NCBI GenBank assembly: GCA_028707535.1
Contig: JAQWAU010000001.1
Location: 68,514-132,513 of the forward strand
From: Heliobacteriaceae bacterium
GTDB taxonomy: Bacteria; Bacillota; Desulfitobacteriia; Heliobacteriales; Heliobacteriaceae
Reading direction: 5' to 3'
DNA: 64,000 nucleotides
Part shown: piece after piece, positions 14,929 through 24,700 of the stretch
Numbering within the stretch: the stretch's first letter is position 1
How the letters are laid out: each line of letters opens with the position of its first letter
Program-made: the position numbers and the translations under genes
The notes under the pieces: generated by a model
Databases searched by the model: none
Told to the model about the DNA's origin: nothing
What the model saw: the letters and a program-made list of their open reading frames with translations, nothing else

Positions 14929-17613
14929 TTATTTGGCCCGCATTACCGCTTGGGCAGCAGCCAAGCGAGCAATCGGAACCCGGTATGGTGAACACGACAC
15001 GAAATCTAGCCCAATCAAATGGCAAAACTCGACCGATGAAGGCTCTCCACCATGTTCACCGCAAATACCTACCAACAGATCCGGCCTGGTGGCCCGTCCT
15101 TTGGTCACCGCAATCTTCATCAGTTCCCCAACCCCTTCCCGATCCAATACAATGAAGGGATCATCAGCTAATATTTTTTGTTCGGCATATTGCCCCAAAA
15201 ACTTGCCTTCAGCGTCATCCCGGGAAAAGCCAAAAGTGGTCTGGGTCAAATCATTGGTGCCAAAAGAGAAGAATTCCGCTTCTTGGGCTATCTGGTCGGC
15301 TGTTATAGCCGCCCGCGGGACCTCGATCATTGTCCCGACCAAATAACTAAAATTAACGCCGGTTTCCGCCATGACTGCCGTCGCCGTTTCCGTGACCATC
15401 CGGCGGAGATACCTAAATTCATTAACATGGGCCACCAGGGGGATTTCTACTTCCGGGTCCACCTGGTAACCTTCTTGGACCAATTGGACTACGGCTTGGA
15501 AGATTGCCCGCACCTGCATCCGGTAAATCTCCGGAAAAGTAATGCCTAACCGGCAACCCCGGTGCCCGAGCATCGGGTTGAATTCGTGTAAACTGCGAAC
15601 CTTTTTAAACAAGGTTTCTTTTTCCGCCAGCTTCTCCTGAACAGCTTCCAACTCCGAACCGGTTTTACCCTCTAAGCTACAGCGCAATTTGGTTATTTCG
15701 ACCAACAATTCCTCCGAGTTAGGTAAAAACTCGTGTAAAGGCGGATCTAATAACCGGATACAAACAGGGTAACCAGCCATCACCTTGAGAATACCGTAAA
15801 AGTCATCTTGTTGCATCGGCAATAATTTAGCCAGGGCAACTTCGCGTTCCTCCACTGTTTGCGCGAGAATCATGGCTTGAACAAGCGGCAAACGGTCCTG
15901 GGCCATGAACATATGTTCCGTCCGGGTCAGACCGATGCCGGCGGCCCCGAATTCCCGGGCTTTCGCTGCTTCTTCCGGTTTGTCGGCATTGGCCCGCACC
16001 CCTAGCCGGCGGTATTCATCCGCCCACGCGAGTAAGGTGCGGAATTCTGCTGTTAATTCCGGTTCCAACATTGGAACTACCCCATCAATGACCCGGCCGG
16101 TTGCCCCGTCAACGGAAATCAGATCGCCTTTTTGGAATACCCGGGTTTCCCCGGAAGCGGCCAAAGCGCTAAACTCTTCACGGGCATAATCGATCCGCAA
16201 GGCTTCACACCCACATACACACGGTTTCCCCATTTGCCGGGCTACTACCGCCGCGTGGGAGGTCATTCCCCCCCGGCTGGTCAAAATGCCTTGGGCCGGC
16301 ACGATCCCATGAATGTCGTCCGGAGTTGTTTCCGTCCGCACCAGGATCACTTTTTCCCCGGATTTACCCAACTTTTCCGCTTCGTTGGCATCAAACACCA
16401 CTGTTCCGGAAGCAGCCCCGGGGGAAGCCGGTAATCCAACGGCGATTATCGTTAATTTGGCCCCCGGATCGATCCGGCGGTGCAGCAGTTGATTCAAGTG
16501 TTCCGGTTCAACCCGCAACAACGCTTCCTCTCTCGTAATCAAACCCTCTGCTACCATGTCGACAGCGATCTTTACCGCCGCCGCTGCAGTGCGCTTGCCG
16601 TTCCGGGTCTGCAGCATCCAGAGCTTGCCTCGTTCAATGGTAAATTCAATGTCCTGCATGTTGCGGTAGTGGTTTTCCAGGTTGTGGCAAATCTGATTAA
16701 ATTGACTATAAATTTCCGGCATCTCTTTTTCAAGCCCGGCAATTGGTTGGGGGGTACGGATACCGGCAACAACATCTTCACCCTGGGCATTGATCAGGTA
16801 TTCACCATATAACACCTTTTCCCCGGTTGAAGGGTTACGGGTAAAAGCAACCCCGGTTGCACAGTCACTGCCCATGTTACCAAACACCATGGTCTGAACA
16901 TTAACGGCAGTACCCAAATTGTCGGGAATTTTGTTGATTTGCCGGTACACAATCGCCCGATCGTTATTCCAGGACGAGAAGACTGCCTGGACCGCCCCTT
17001 TTAACTGTTCAACCGGGTCTTGGGGAAATGCTTTGCCGGTCATCTTTTCCACCAAGTTCTTGTATTCGATAATCAGCCCCTGCAAAGATGCCGGTGAAAG
17101 TTCGTGATCAAAATGGACACCCTGATTGTTCCGGTAATTTTCCAGAATATGTTCAAAATAGTGGTGATGAACCTCTAGAACAACATCAGAATACATCTGA
17201 ATAAAACGCCGGTAACAGTCCAGGGCAAACCGTTCGTTTTGGGTCGCAGCAATCAAACCGGCTATGGTAGCATCATTCAAGCCTAAGTTTAGAATGGTAT
17301 CCATCATCCCCGGCATAGAAAAGACTGCTCCGGACCGAACCGAAACCAACAGCGGTTTTTCCGGATCACCCAACCCTTTGCCTAATTTGGCTTCAAGGGT
17401 CCGCAAAGCTTCGGCGACCTGTTCCGGCATGCCTTCAGGAAATATTTGTCCCCGGGCGTAGTACTCGTTACAGGCTTCAGTAGTAATCGTAAAACCAGGA
17501 GGTACCGGAAGGCCAATATTCGTCATCTCTGCCAAATTGGCACCTTTTCCCCCTAGCAGGGAACGCATCTCCGCTTTACCTTGTTCAAAAAGATATACCC
17601 ACTTTTTAGACAT
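14929..17613 (-). CDS. ppdK: pyruvate, phosphate dikinase
   Basis: 894 aa. The N-terminus is MSKKWVYLFEQGKAEMRSLLGGKGANLAEM. The phospho-His block GGMTSHAAVVAR and the PEP-utilizer C-terminal block ...SCSPYRVPIARLAAAQA are present. Confidence 0.95.
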   Translation of the reverse strand: MSKKWVYLFEQGKAEMRSLLGGKGANLAEMTNIGLPVPPGFTITTEACNEYYARGQIFPEGMPEQVAEALRTLEAKLGKGLGDPEKPLLVSVRSGAVFSMPGMMDTILNLGLNDATIAGLIAATQNERFALDCYRRFIQMYSDVVLEVHHHYFEHILENYRNNQGVHFDHELSPASLQGLIIEYKNLVEKMTGKAFPQDPVEQLKGAVQAVFSSWNNDRAIVYRQINKIPDNLGTAVNVQTMVFGNMGSDCATGVAFTRNPSTGEKVLYGEYLINAQGEDVVAGIRTPQPIAGLEKEMPEIYSQFNQICHNLENHYRNMQDIEFTIERGKLWMLQTRNGKRTAAAAVKIAVDMVAEGLITREEALLRVEPEHLNQLLHRRIDPGAKLTIIAVGLPASPGAASGTVVFDANEAEKLGKSGEKVILVRTETTPDDIHGIVPAQGILTSRGGMTSHAAVVARQMGKPCVCGCEALRIDYAREEFSALAASGETRVFQKGDLISVDGATGRVIDGVVPMLEPELTAEFRTLLAWADEYRRLGVRANADKPEEAAKAREFGAAGIGLTRTEHMFMAQDRLPLVQAMILAQTVEEREVALAKLLPMQQDDFYGILKVMAGYPVCIRLLDPPLHEFLPNSEELLVEITKLRCSLEGKTGSELEAVQEKLAEKETLFKKVRSLHEFNPMLGHRGCRLGITFPEIYRMQVRAIFQAVVQLVQEGYQVDPEVEIPLVAHVNEFRYLRRMVTETATAVMAETGVNFSYLVGTMIEVPRAAITADQIAQEAEFFSFGTNDLTQTTFGFSRDDAEGKFLGQYAEQKILADDPFIVLDREGVGELMKIAVTKGRATRPDLLVGICGEHGGEPSSVEFCHLIGLDFVSCSPYRVPIARLAAAQAVMRAK

Positions 17614-18325
17614 GGTATTCCCCCCTGTAATACACCTCTAATACCTTGGCTGCTGTTTCTTCAACAGCTTTGTTGGTCACATTAATTACCGGACATCCAA
17701 TCCGCTTCATGATTCCTTCCGCATAATCCAATTCCTCCAGGATCCGGTTCAAGCTGGCATAATCGGCATTCCCAGCTAACCCGAGAGCCATCAGCCTTTC
17801 GGTCCGGATGCCGTTTAGTAACCGCGGCGAAATCATTAAACCGATGACCTTGCGTTTCGGTAATAGAAAAAGCTCTTCAGGTGGCGCTACTTCCGGCACT
17901 AACGGAATATTTGCCGCCTTGATCTGTTTGTGCGCCAAGTACATACATACCGGCGTCTTAGACGTCCGGGAAACACCAATCAACACAACATCCGCCCGCA
18001 AAAGTCCCCGTGGATCTTTACCGTCATCACATTTCACCGCAAACTCAATTGCTTCCACTTTTCGGAAATACTGTTCATCCATCTGATGGATCAACCCCGG
18101 CTTGCCCACCGGGCTCTCGTTGGTAATCAGCTGAATACCATGCATCATCGGCCCCAACACGTCGACAGTGGGAATGTTTTTTTTCGCAGCCAGAGACTGT
18201 AAGGTCTCACGCAGTTCACTGACAACCAGTGTATAGGCGATTACCGCCCGCTCGGTTGCGGCTTCCTCTACGACATCCGCTAAATGCCGCCGTTCAGAGA
18301 TATAAGGAAACCTTCTGATTTCCAC
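17606..18325 (-). CDS. pyruvate,phosphate dikinase regulatory protein (DUF299 / YqfL-type bifunctional kinase-pyrophosphorylase); 5' end problematic
   Basis: The P-loop GVSRTSKTP and family-wide blocks are present. The coordinates are those of the first canonical start (GTG 18325), but clear family homology (KPVVYIVSDSIGETAELVARAAA) continues in frame upstream to about 18415 without a canonical start; see findings. Confidence 0.8.
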   Translation of the reverse strand: MEIRRFPYISERRHLADVVEEAATERAVIAYTLVVSELRETLQSLAAKKNIPTVDVLGPMMHGIQLITNESPVGKPGLIHQMDEQYFRKVEAIEFAVKCDDGKDPRGLLRADVVLIGVSRTSKTPVCMYLAHKQIKAANIPLVPEVAPPEELFLLPKRKVIGLMISPRLLNGIRTERLMALGLAGNADYASLNRILEELDYAEGIMKRIGCPVINVTNKAVEETAAKVLEVYYRGEYHV

Positions 18326-18493
18326 ACTGCCACCGTCGAATTGACTGGCGGCGGCACGGGCAACAAGCTCTGCCGTCTCACCAATGGAATCGGAAACAAT
18401 GTAGACGACAGGTTTTTCTCCATTGGCACTACAGATGTTCTTTCCCCCCCCAGGTCGCCGTTGTGTCAGGTGCGACCCCCACTTAGTAATGGG

Positions 18494-19147
18494 TTACCGC
18501 CGTTCATCGGCAAGATCAACAAATAACCGGGTAATATTGGTCTTGGTCAACCGGCCGACGACCTCCAGACGTTCGTCTCCGGCCGGATCCGTCACCGACC
18601 GGATCACGGGAAGCGCGTCTACCTCATGAATAATGAGCCGTTTTGCCGCCTTGTAAATTGGATCGTCAGGATTTACCGTAATGATGTTCGGCATTCGGGT
18701 CATAACCATTCCTACCGGCATTATGTGCGTGTCCCCCCCGCCAATAGCAATCTTCAGGAGGTCTTTACGGGTAACTACCCCAACCAGGTAGCCGGTAGCA
18801 TCAACAACAGCCAAGGTGCCAACATCTTCAGTAAACATGGTAACCACCGCATCGTATACACTGGCCCCATCCCGCACCACCACCGGCAAAGAATGTACAT
18901 CTTTAACTTTCAGCCGGCCTACCGCGCCGGCAAAAAGCAGACTTTTGGCCTGTCTGTTGTAATAATAGCCAACCCGGGGACGGGCTTCCAAAATGCCTGA
19001 CATGGTGAGAATAGCCAAGTCGGGTCGCAAAGTTGCCCGGGTCAAATGCAACTTTTCCGCAATCTGCTCCCCGGTGATCGGACCGTGCTCCTTCGCAATT
19101 TCCACGATCTTGGCTTGCCGTTCGGACAGCTCGATGGTTGTCACCAC
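18494..19147 (-). CDS. ccpN: CcpN-type transcriptional repressor (HTH plus two CBS domains)
   Basis: The N-terminal winged-HTH (LSERQAKIVEIAKEHGPITGEQIAEKLHLTRATLRPDLAIL) is followed by tandem CBS motifs. It sits immediately upstream of the DUF299 gene, as in Bacillus ccpN-yqfL. Confidence 0.8.
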   Translation of the reverse strand: MVTTIELSERQAKIVEIAKEHGPITGEQIAEKLHLTRATLRPDLAILTMSGILEARPRVGYYYNRQAKSLLFAGAVGRLKVKDVHSLPVVVRDGASVYDAVVTMFTEDVGTLAVVDATGYLVGVVTRKDLLKIAIGGGDTHIMPVGMVMTRMPNIITVNPDDPIYKAAKRLIIHEVDALPVIRSVTDPAGDERLEVVGRLTKTNITRLFVDLADERR

Positions 19148-19315
19148 CTTACCATAATTGGAAACTTTGTGGTCATAGTAAAGCCCACACGCATAATTAT
19201 GACATACAATATTAAATTATGACTCGAATACGCACTAATATTATATACTATATAGCTGCGTTTTTTCCTTCCAGCCTTGCCGGTGTTTTATTGTATACAT
19301 GCTTGGGAAATGCTT

Positions 19316-21394
19316 TTAATCCACAATTTTACTTAAATCGGCAATTCCCACCAGCAAACCGGCTACCAATTTTAACAGGGCCAATCTGTTTTCCCGGAGG
19401 GCCGTTTCTTCGGCCATGACCATAACCCCATCGAAAAAGGCATCAACAGCCGGTCCTATACCGGCGACCACCTGGAAGATCCGGCCATAATCCCGGCCGG
19501 CCGCCATAATTTCCTGACGGGCTTGCTGTAAAGCTACATATAATTCCCGTTCCACCACCAAGCCCAGCAATTCTTCCCGGACTACCACTTCTTCTCCAGC
19601 CTTTTTCGCCAGATTAGCTGCCCGGGTATACGCTTTGAACAAGGACTCAAAGGTGGGGGTATGCCGAAAAGCCACCAAAGCCTGGGTCCGCCGGTAAACA
19701 TCTGCCGGCTGATCAGCATCAGCCGCCAGGACGGCCTCAATTACATCGAAGGAAATTTCCTGTTCACCCAGTAAATACCGCAGTCGTTGGCGGAAAAACT
19801 CGGCCAGATCCGCCTGTACTTCAGCCAGGCTGCGGGTTAGTTTAACCGTAGACAAATACCCGTTATATGCAGCCTGAATCGCCTGGCTTAAGGACAAAGG
19901 CAAGTTGGCTTGGATCACAATTTGACAGATGCCTAAAGCCTGCCGGCGCAAAGCATAAGGATCTTGAGAGCCTGTAGGTACAATCCCGATCCCAAAACAA
20001 CCTACCAGGACATCTAACTTATCGGCCAGGGCTACCAGATTGCCTTCGGTGATTTCCGGAACGGCATCACCGGCAAAACGGGGCTGGTAATGTTCCCGAA
20101 TCGCCTGGGCAACAACCGGGTCTTCTCCGTTTAGCAGCGCATACTTCTCTCCCATAATTCCTTGCAGTTCAGGAAACTCATAAACCATCAGGGAAACCAG
20201 GTCGGTTTTCGCCAAAAGGGCTGCCCGGACACTCCGTTCTTTCACCGGCAGGGACACCTGAAGATGATCGGCCAGCCAGGCAGTAAGCCGTTGTTCCCGC
20301 TCCACCCGTTCGAAAACAGTACCCAGACTCTCCTGGAAAACAATCTTTTTAAGTTTTTCTGTCTGTTCAGCAAAAGGCGTTTTCTGGTCCTCGGCATAAA
20401 AGAAAGCGGCATCCGCCAACCGGGCCCGTAACACTTTTTCATTCCCGGCTTGGACAACTGCCAAGTGTTCCGCCGTACCATTCCGGACGGCAATGAACTT
20501 GGGTAATAATCTCCCTTGCCGGTCCTGTACCGGAAAGTACCGTTGATGTTCTTTCATCGGGGTAACCAACACGGGCTGCGGTAAGTGCATAAAACCGGCA
20601 TCAATCCGGCCACAAAGGGCAGTAGGGTATTCCACCAAATAGGTGATTTCCTCAAGCAGGTCGGCATCTGACACCGCCCCTCCCCCTTCGGTCACCGCCA
20701 GCTTGGTGACTTGTTCCCAAATACTTTTACGCCGCCGGTTCTGGTCAACGATAACATACGCCTGCTCCAGCTTGGCCAAATATTCCGCCGGTTCATTAAT
20801 CGTGATCGGCGCCCCGGCCAGAAACCGGTGGCCGTACGTTATCCTCCCGGTCACAACCCCGCCAACCTCGAAAGTTAAAACCGCATCACCGAATAAGGCC
20901 AATAGCCAGCGGATCGGACGGACAAACCGCATGGTGTTCCAGCCCCAGCGCATCGGTTTAGGAAAATTAAGACCGTTAACAAGACCTTGAAGCAAACCGG
21001 GCAAAACCGCGGTAGCCGCTTGGCCGCCTTCGGTCCGTACAGCAAAAACGTAAGCCACCTTACCGACTTCCCGCTGCTCCAATGCCGTTACCGCCACACG
21101 TTGAGAGCGGGCAAAACCCAGGGCAGCCTTAGTCGGCTGCCCATCAGAATCAAAAGCAGCTTTTAAAGCCGGTCCTTTGACCGCGACCTGTAAATCCTGC
21201 TGGACGACACCAACCCCTTCGGCCAGCAACACCAACCGGCGGGGCGTCCCATATGTCCGAACACCTTTGAACGTTAACCGGGCTGCCTGCAAGCATTTTT
21301 CGGCTAATTCCTGCAGTTGCTGTAACGCCATAGGCATAAACTTGGCCGGAATCTCTTCCATACCGATCTCAAACAACAAATCGCGGGTTTCCAC
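19316..21394 (-). CDS. glyS: glycine--tRNA ligase beta subunit
   Basis: ...RDLLFEIGMEEIPAKFMP... N-terminus and size fit GlyS. The start is placed at GTG 21394 (GGAGGG SD at 7 nt); the ORF opens at 21460 and would otherwise overlap glyQ. Confidence 0.9.
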   Translation of the reverse strand: METRDLLFEIGMEEIPAKFMPMALQQLQELAEKCLQAARLTFKGVRTYGTPRRLVLLAEGVGVVQQDLQVAVKGPALKAAFDSDGQPTKAALGFARSQRVAVTALEQREVGKVAYVFAVRTEGGQAATAVLPGLLQGLVNGLNFPKPMRWGWNTMRFVRPIRWLLALFGDAVLTFEVGGVVTGRITYGHRFLAGAPITINEPAEYLAKLEQAYVIVDQNRRRKSIWEQVTKLAVTEGGGAVSDADLLEEITYLVEYPTALCGRIDAGFMHLPQPVLVTPMKEHQRYFPVQDRQGRLLPKFIAVRNGTAEHLAVVQAGNEKVLRARLADAAFFYAEDQKTPFAEQTEKLKKIVFQESLGTVFERVEREQRLTAWLADHLQVSLPVKERSVRAALLAKTDLVSLMVYEFPELQGIMGEKYALLNGEDPVVAQAIREHYQPRFAGDAVPEITEGNLVALADKLDVLVGCFGIGIVPTGSQDPYALRRQALGICQIVIQANLPLSLSQAIQAAYNGYLSTVKLTRSLAEVQADLAEFFRQRLRYLLGEQEISFDVIEAVLAADADQPADVYRRTQALVAFRHTPTFESLFKAYTRAANLAKKAGEEVVVREELLGLVVERELYVALQQARQEIMAAGRDYGRIFQVVAGIGPAVDAFFDGVMVMAEETALRENRLALLKLVAGLLVGIADLSKIVD

Positions 21395-21419
21395 GAAATA
21401 TCCCTCCATTCCCTGTCGC

Positions 21420-22346
21420 TTACTCAGCCGCAACCGGTGCCACCGGTTGATCGAGCCCAAGCCTGGCCCTTAAGCCCGGTTCTTTAATCAACGGATACCC
21501 CAGCTTTTCCCGTTGTTGAACATAAGCCTGGGCACAAGTCCGGGCTAATTGCCGCACCCGGCCGATGTAGCCGGTTCTTTCCGTAACGGAAATTGCTCCC
21601 CGGGCATCCAACAGATTAAAAACATGGGAACATTTTAGTACATAATCGTAGGCTGGTTGGACAAGCTCTTTTTCTACGACCCGGAAGGCTTCCTCTTCAT
21701 ACAGGTCAAAAAGGGTAAACAAAGTATCCGTGTTGGCAACCTCAAAATTGTAGTGCGAATAATCAACCTCGGTTTGGTGGTGAACATCACCATACGAAAT
21801 CCCCTTTACCCATTCAATATCGTAAACAGAATCAACCTGTTGGATAAACATAGCAATCCGTTCGATCCCATAGGTAATCTCCGCACAAACCGGCCGGCAA
21901 TCAATGCCGCCACACTGTTGAAAATAAGTAAACTGGGTAATTTCCATCCCGTCAAGCCACACTTCCCAGCCCAGACCCCAGGCCCCTAGGGTCGGTGATT
22001 CCCAGTTATCCTCCACAAAACGGATATCGTGTTTGAGCGGGTCAATACCTAACCGCCGCAAACTATCCAGATACATTTCCAAAACATCATCCGGGGACGG
22101 CTTCAAGATTACCTGATACTGGTAGTAATGCTGCAACCGGTTAGGGTTTTCCCCGTACCGGCCATCGGTAGGCCGGCGGGATGGTTCTACATAAGCAACA
22201 TTCCACGGCTCTGGTCCCAAGGCCCGTAAAAAGGTAGCCGGGTTCATTGTGCCGGCGCCTTTTTCCACATCGTAAGGCTGGTGAATAATGCAGCCCTGTT
22301 CCCCCCAAAATTGGTTAAGAGCAATAATTATCTCCTGAAAGTTCAT
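21420..22346 (-). CDS. glyQ: glycine--tRNA ligase alpha subunit
   Basis: [76 protein letters not shown] is highly conserved GlyQ sequence. Confidence 0.95.
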   Translation of the reverse strand: MNFQEIIIALNQFWGEQGCIIHQPYDVEKGAGTMNPATFLRALGPEPWNVAYVEPSRRPTDGRYGENPNRLQHYYQYQVILKPSPDDVLEMYLDSLRRLGIDPLKHDIRFVEDNWESPTLGAWGLGWEVWLDGMEITQFTYFQQCGGIDCRPVCAEITYGIERIAMFIQQVDSVYDIEWVKGISYGDVHHQTEVDYSHYNFEVANTDTLFTLFDLYEEEAFRVVEKELVQPAYDYVLKCSHVFNLLDARGAISVTERTGYIGRVRQLARTCAQAYVQQREKLGYPLIKEPGLRARLGLDQPVAPVAAE

Positions 22347-22365
22347 CCTAATAAACCTCCTGCCT

Positions 22366-22645
22366 AAAAAAAATAAACCCCCCGCCCTGGCAAAGGCCAG
22401 GGACGAGAGGATTCTCCCGCGGTTCCACCCTGATTGGCCCGCAAAAATTGCGGCCCACCTCGGAAAAAAAGGGCTTTACTAACAAACCCGGATTGCCGAT
22501 CAGCAAAACAACGGATATGTGTTCCTCCCCGGGCTCCGGAACGCCTTCCCCTTGCCTGGCGTACCGGGCTTCCACCCTTCCCGGCTCGCTAAAACGCAGT
22601 TCAAGAGTACTCCTTTCCTTCACAGCCAGTTATAAATAACCGGGA
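22366..22645 (-). promoter_or_regulatory. T-box leader (tRNA-Gly responsive) controlling glyQS
   Basis: The minus strand contains the T-box sequence aatcaGGGTGGaACCGCGgga (plus-strand 22415-22435). A terminator hairpin ccctggc/gccaggg plus a U-tract follows at about 22366-22404. Stem I elements (agcgag...gggtggaag) are present, with a candidate GGC specifier in ggggaaGGCgttc. Confidence 0.8.
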
Positions 22646-22685
22646 GACGAACCAACACGACACTTCCCCCGGCAGATCCTTTTTT

Positions 22686-22714
22686 AGCTTAACAGCTGTC
22701 CTCCGGTGTGTCAA
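22686..22714 (-). promoter_or_regulatory. candidate sigmaA promoter for the glyQS leader
   Basis: Minus strand reads TTGACA, 17 nt, TAAGCT. Confidence 0.45.
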
Positions 22715-22720
22715 CAACAC

Positions 22721-23185
22721 TTACTCCCGTTCATGATCAATCACTACCCATTCCTTGCTTCCATCCTTACGTTCCACTTCCAGGCGACAACCAGCTGCCA
22801 CAGCGGTTACCGCCCCAAGTGCGCCAAGGACAGCCAAGTGCGTACTAAGCAAAGCCCCGGCTATTCCCAAAGCACCGACACTAACCGGAATATCCGCCAA
22901 GGTATCCTTTCCTTTCTTCACCCGGATCCTGGTAACATTCCCTTCTTTGACCCATTCTTTGATTTGCGCCCACCACTGGCGGCTGCTAACCGCCCACTTT
23001 TGGTCAAAAGGCCGGTTTTCCAGGTAAATTAAAGCCTCTACCACGTCACCTCCGGTCATTTCCAAGGCTGCCCGGGCTTCCTTGTACGAAACCCCAAGCC
23101 GGGTACGCAATAAATCGAGTTTTTCCAGGTTGATGCTATCGTCCACTTCAAAACTCCTCTCATCCGGAATTGCTAATCGCGTCAA
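22721..23185 (-). CDS. UBA/TS-N-like domain plus DUF4342-like protein
   Basis: INLEKLDLLRTRLGVSYKEARAALEMTGGDVVEALIYLE resembles the EF-Ts N-terminal/UBA-like motif. It is followed by a Gly/Ala-rich hydrophobic segment. The start is uncertain because the ORF overlaps the recO end by 26 nt; GTG 23146 is an alternative. Confidence 0.55.
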   Translation of the reverse strand: MTRLAIPDERSFEVDDSINLEKLDLLRTRLGVSYKEARAALEMTGGDVVEALIYLENRPFDQKWAVSSRQWWAQIKEWVKEGNVTRIRVKKGKDTLADIPVSVGALGIAGALLSTHLAVLGALGAVTAVAAGCRLEVERKDGSKEWVVIDHERE

Positions 23186-23921
23186 TAACGGCCCAAGAGC
23201 GAAAATTGCCCTCCAAACGGCACTTCAAGGTTTGACGCATCACACCGGTTGCCTGCTTCAATACCTTTTCCCCCACTACTAACCGGTCCACCTGCCGGGG
23301 ATCCATTACTAACAAGTGCCGCAGAAACGCCACCGTGTTTGTCGCCACAGGGATTATCCCCATTGTATGCCGTTCCCGGCAGCATGGCCCTACCAGACCA
23401 CCTAACCCGGGAGAAAAACCACACCGGCCTCCTAGCCCCGGCAAGGTTAATGGCCCACCACAAGCCACACAACTTTCCAATTCCGGACAATAACCGATTT
23501 TGGCTAATAACTTGAGCTCAAAATGGCAAGTGACCAGTTTGGCCGGGTAAATTACCATCAAATGCCAAGAAGTTAGCAGCAAGGCGAATAAATCCATCCC
23601 ACCATTGTCTAGCGTAAACCGATCCACCAGTTCCGCCAGATAAGCAGCATGGGCAAACCGTTCTACATCCCCATGTAAACCAGCAAAAGATTCGACCGGT
23701 TCAGCCTGGGTCACAGTTTTTAGGTTACGCCCGTCATGCAAAAGCAGCTGGCTGTGGGTAAGTGGCTGCACTCCTCCCCGCAATCGGCTCGCCGGCTTGC
23801 GGGCCCCTTTGGCAATCGCGCCGATTTTGCCTCTCTCCTGAGTAAGCAAGGTTAAAAGGCAATCCGCCTCGCCATACTTCCGGTTATGCAAAATGAGCGC
23901 CTGAGTACGGTAGACAGGCAT
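23160..23921 (-). CDS. recO: DNA repair protein RecO
   Basis: MPVYRTQALILHNRKYGEADCLLTLLTQERGKIGAIAKGARK is an OB-fold N-terminus, and a CxxC...C zinc motif (CVACGG) is present. ATG 23921 lies behind GGGAGGAAG. Confidence 0.85.
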   Translation of the reverse strand: MPVYRTQALILHNRKYGEADCLLTLLTQERGKIGAIAKGARKPASRLRGGVQPLTHSQLLLHDGRNLKTVTQAEPVESFAGLHGDVERFAHAAYLAELVDRFTLDNGGMDLFALLLTSWHLMVIYPAKLVTCHFELKLLAKIGYCPELESCVACGGPLTLPGLGGRCGFSPGLGGLVGPCCRERHTMGIIPVATNTVAFLRHLLVMDPRQVDRLVVGEKVLKQATGVMRQTLKCRLEGNFRSWAVIDAISNSG

Positions 23922-23975
23922 AAGCTTCCTCCCGGCCAGCACGTCGCTGTTAATTATTCGCTCCCTTACCACCAA

Positions 23976-24686
23976 TTATTCTTTACAGTCAATCTCCTCA
24001 AATCCGGCCAGAATGGCAAGCCCGGCACTGGTACCCAAGCGGTCAGCGCCGGCATTAAGCATTTGCACCGCCGTTTGGGCCGTCCGGATACCCCCGGCGG
24101 CTTTAACCTTGAGGCGCCCACCCCCGGTTCTGGCCATCAGCCCTACATGTTCCACCGTTGCCCCCCCGGCCCCAAAACCGGTAGCTGTTTTTACATAATC
24201 CGCCCCTGCAGCCATTGCCCGGCGACAGGCCTCGCTAATCTCGGAATGTGTAAGCAAACTGGTTTCCAGGATTACTTTGACCAGACTATCAGGTACTTTC
24301 CGGGCTGCTTGCACTACCCCGGAAATATCCGCTTCCACGGCAGACCAACTGCCTTCTTTGGCCCAGCCAATGTTCATCACCATATCCAACTCCACCGCCC
24401 CGGCCAGCAAGGCTTCCCCAGCCTCGAACGCTTTAACCCGGGGCAAAGTGGCCCCAAGAGGAAAGCCGATCACTGTGGCTACCTTAACTCCCGTGCCGGC
24501 CAACAGCCTGGTACAAGTAGCTACCCACACCGGGTGAACACATACCGTACCAAAGCCGTATTGTACCGCCTCCCGGCACAAATTTACCATCCGGCTCCCG
24601 GTAGCTGCCGGATCCAAAAGAGTATGGTCGATTTTCCCGGCAACCTGAGACCGGGTCCGGAATAACCCTGAACAGGTTTGATCCAT
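23976..24686 (-). CDS. deoC: deoxyribose-phosphate aldolase
   Basis: ...AGKIDHTLLDPAAT..., and VKTATGF and KAAGGIR containing the Schiff-base Lys context. Confidence 0.85.
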   Translation of the reverse strand: MDQTCSGLFRTRSQVAGKIDHTLLDPAATGSRMVNLCREAVQYGFGTVCVHPVWVATCTRLLAGTGVKVATVIGFPLGATLPRVKAFEAGEALLAGAVELDMVMNIGWAKEGSWSAVEADISGVVQAARKVPDSLVKVILETSLLTHSEISEACRRAMAAGADYVKTATGFGAGGATVEHVGLMARTGGGRLKVKAAGGIRTAQTAVQMLNAGADRLGTSAGLAILAGFEEIDCKE

Positions 24687-24700
24687 TAAGACACATCCCT

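Noticed and set aside
22348-22639. ORFs of 91 aa (-) and 63 aa (+) upstream of glyQ
   Set aside because: The region is fully explained by a T-box leader (T-box sequence, terminator, stem I elements). It is non-coding.
23886-24665. 259-aa plus-strand ORF, plus similar long antisense ORFs (e.g. 35409-36083, 54841-55398, 59901-60353, 37341-38127)
   Set aside because: All lie opposite strongly recognisable genes (deoC, dnaJ, THUMP methylase, ogt, dnaK). They have Pro/Arg/Gly/Ser-rich low-complexity translations typical of antisense frames and lack SD sequences.
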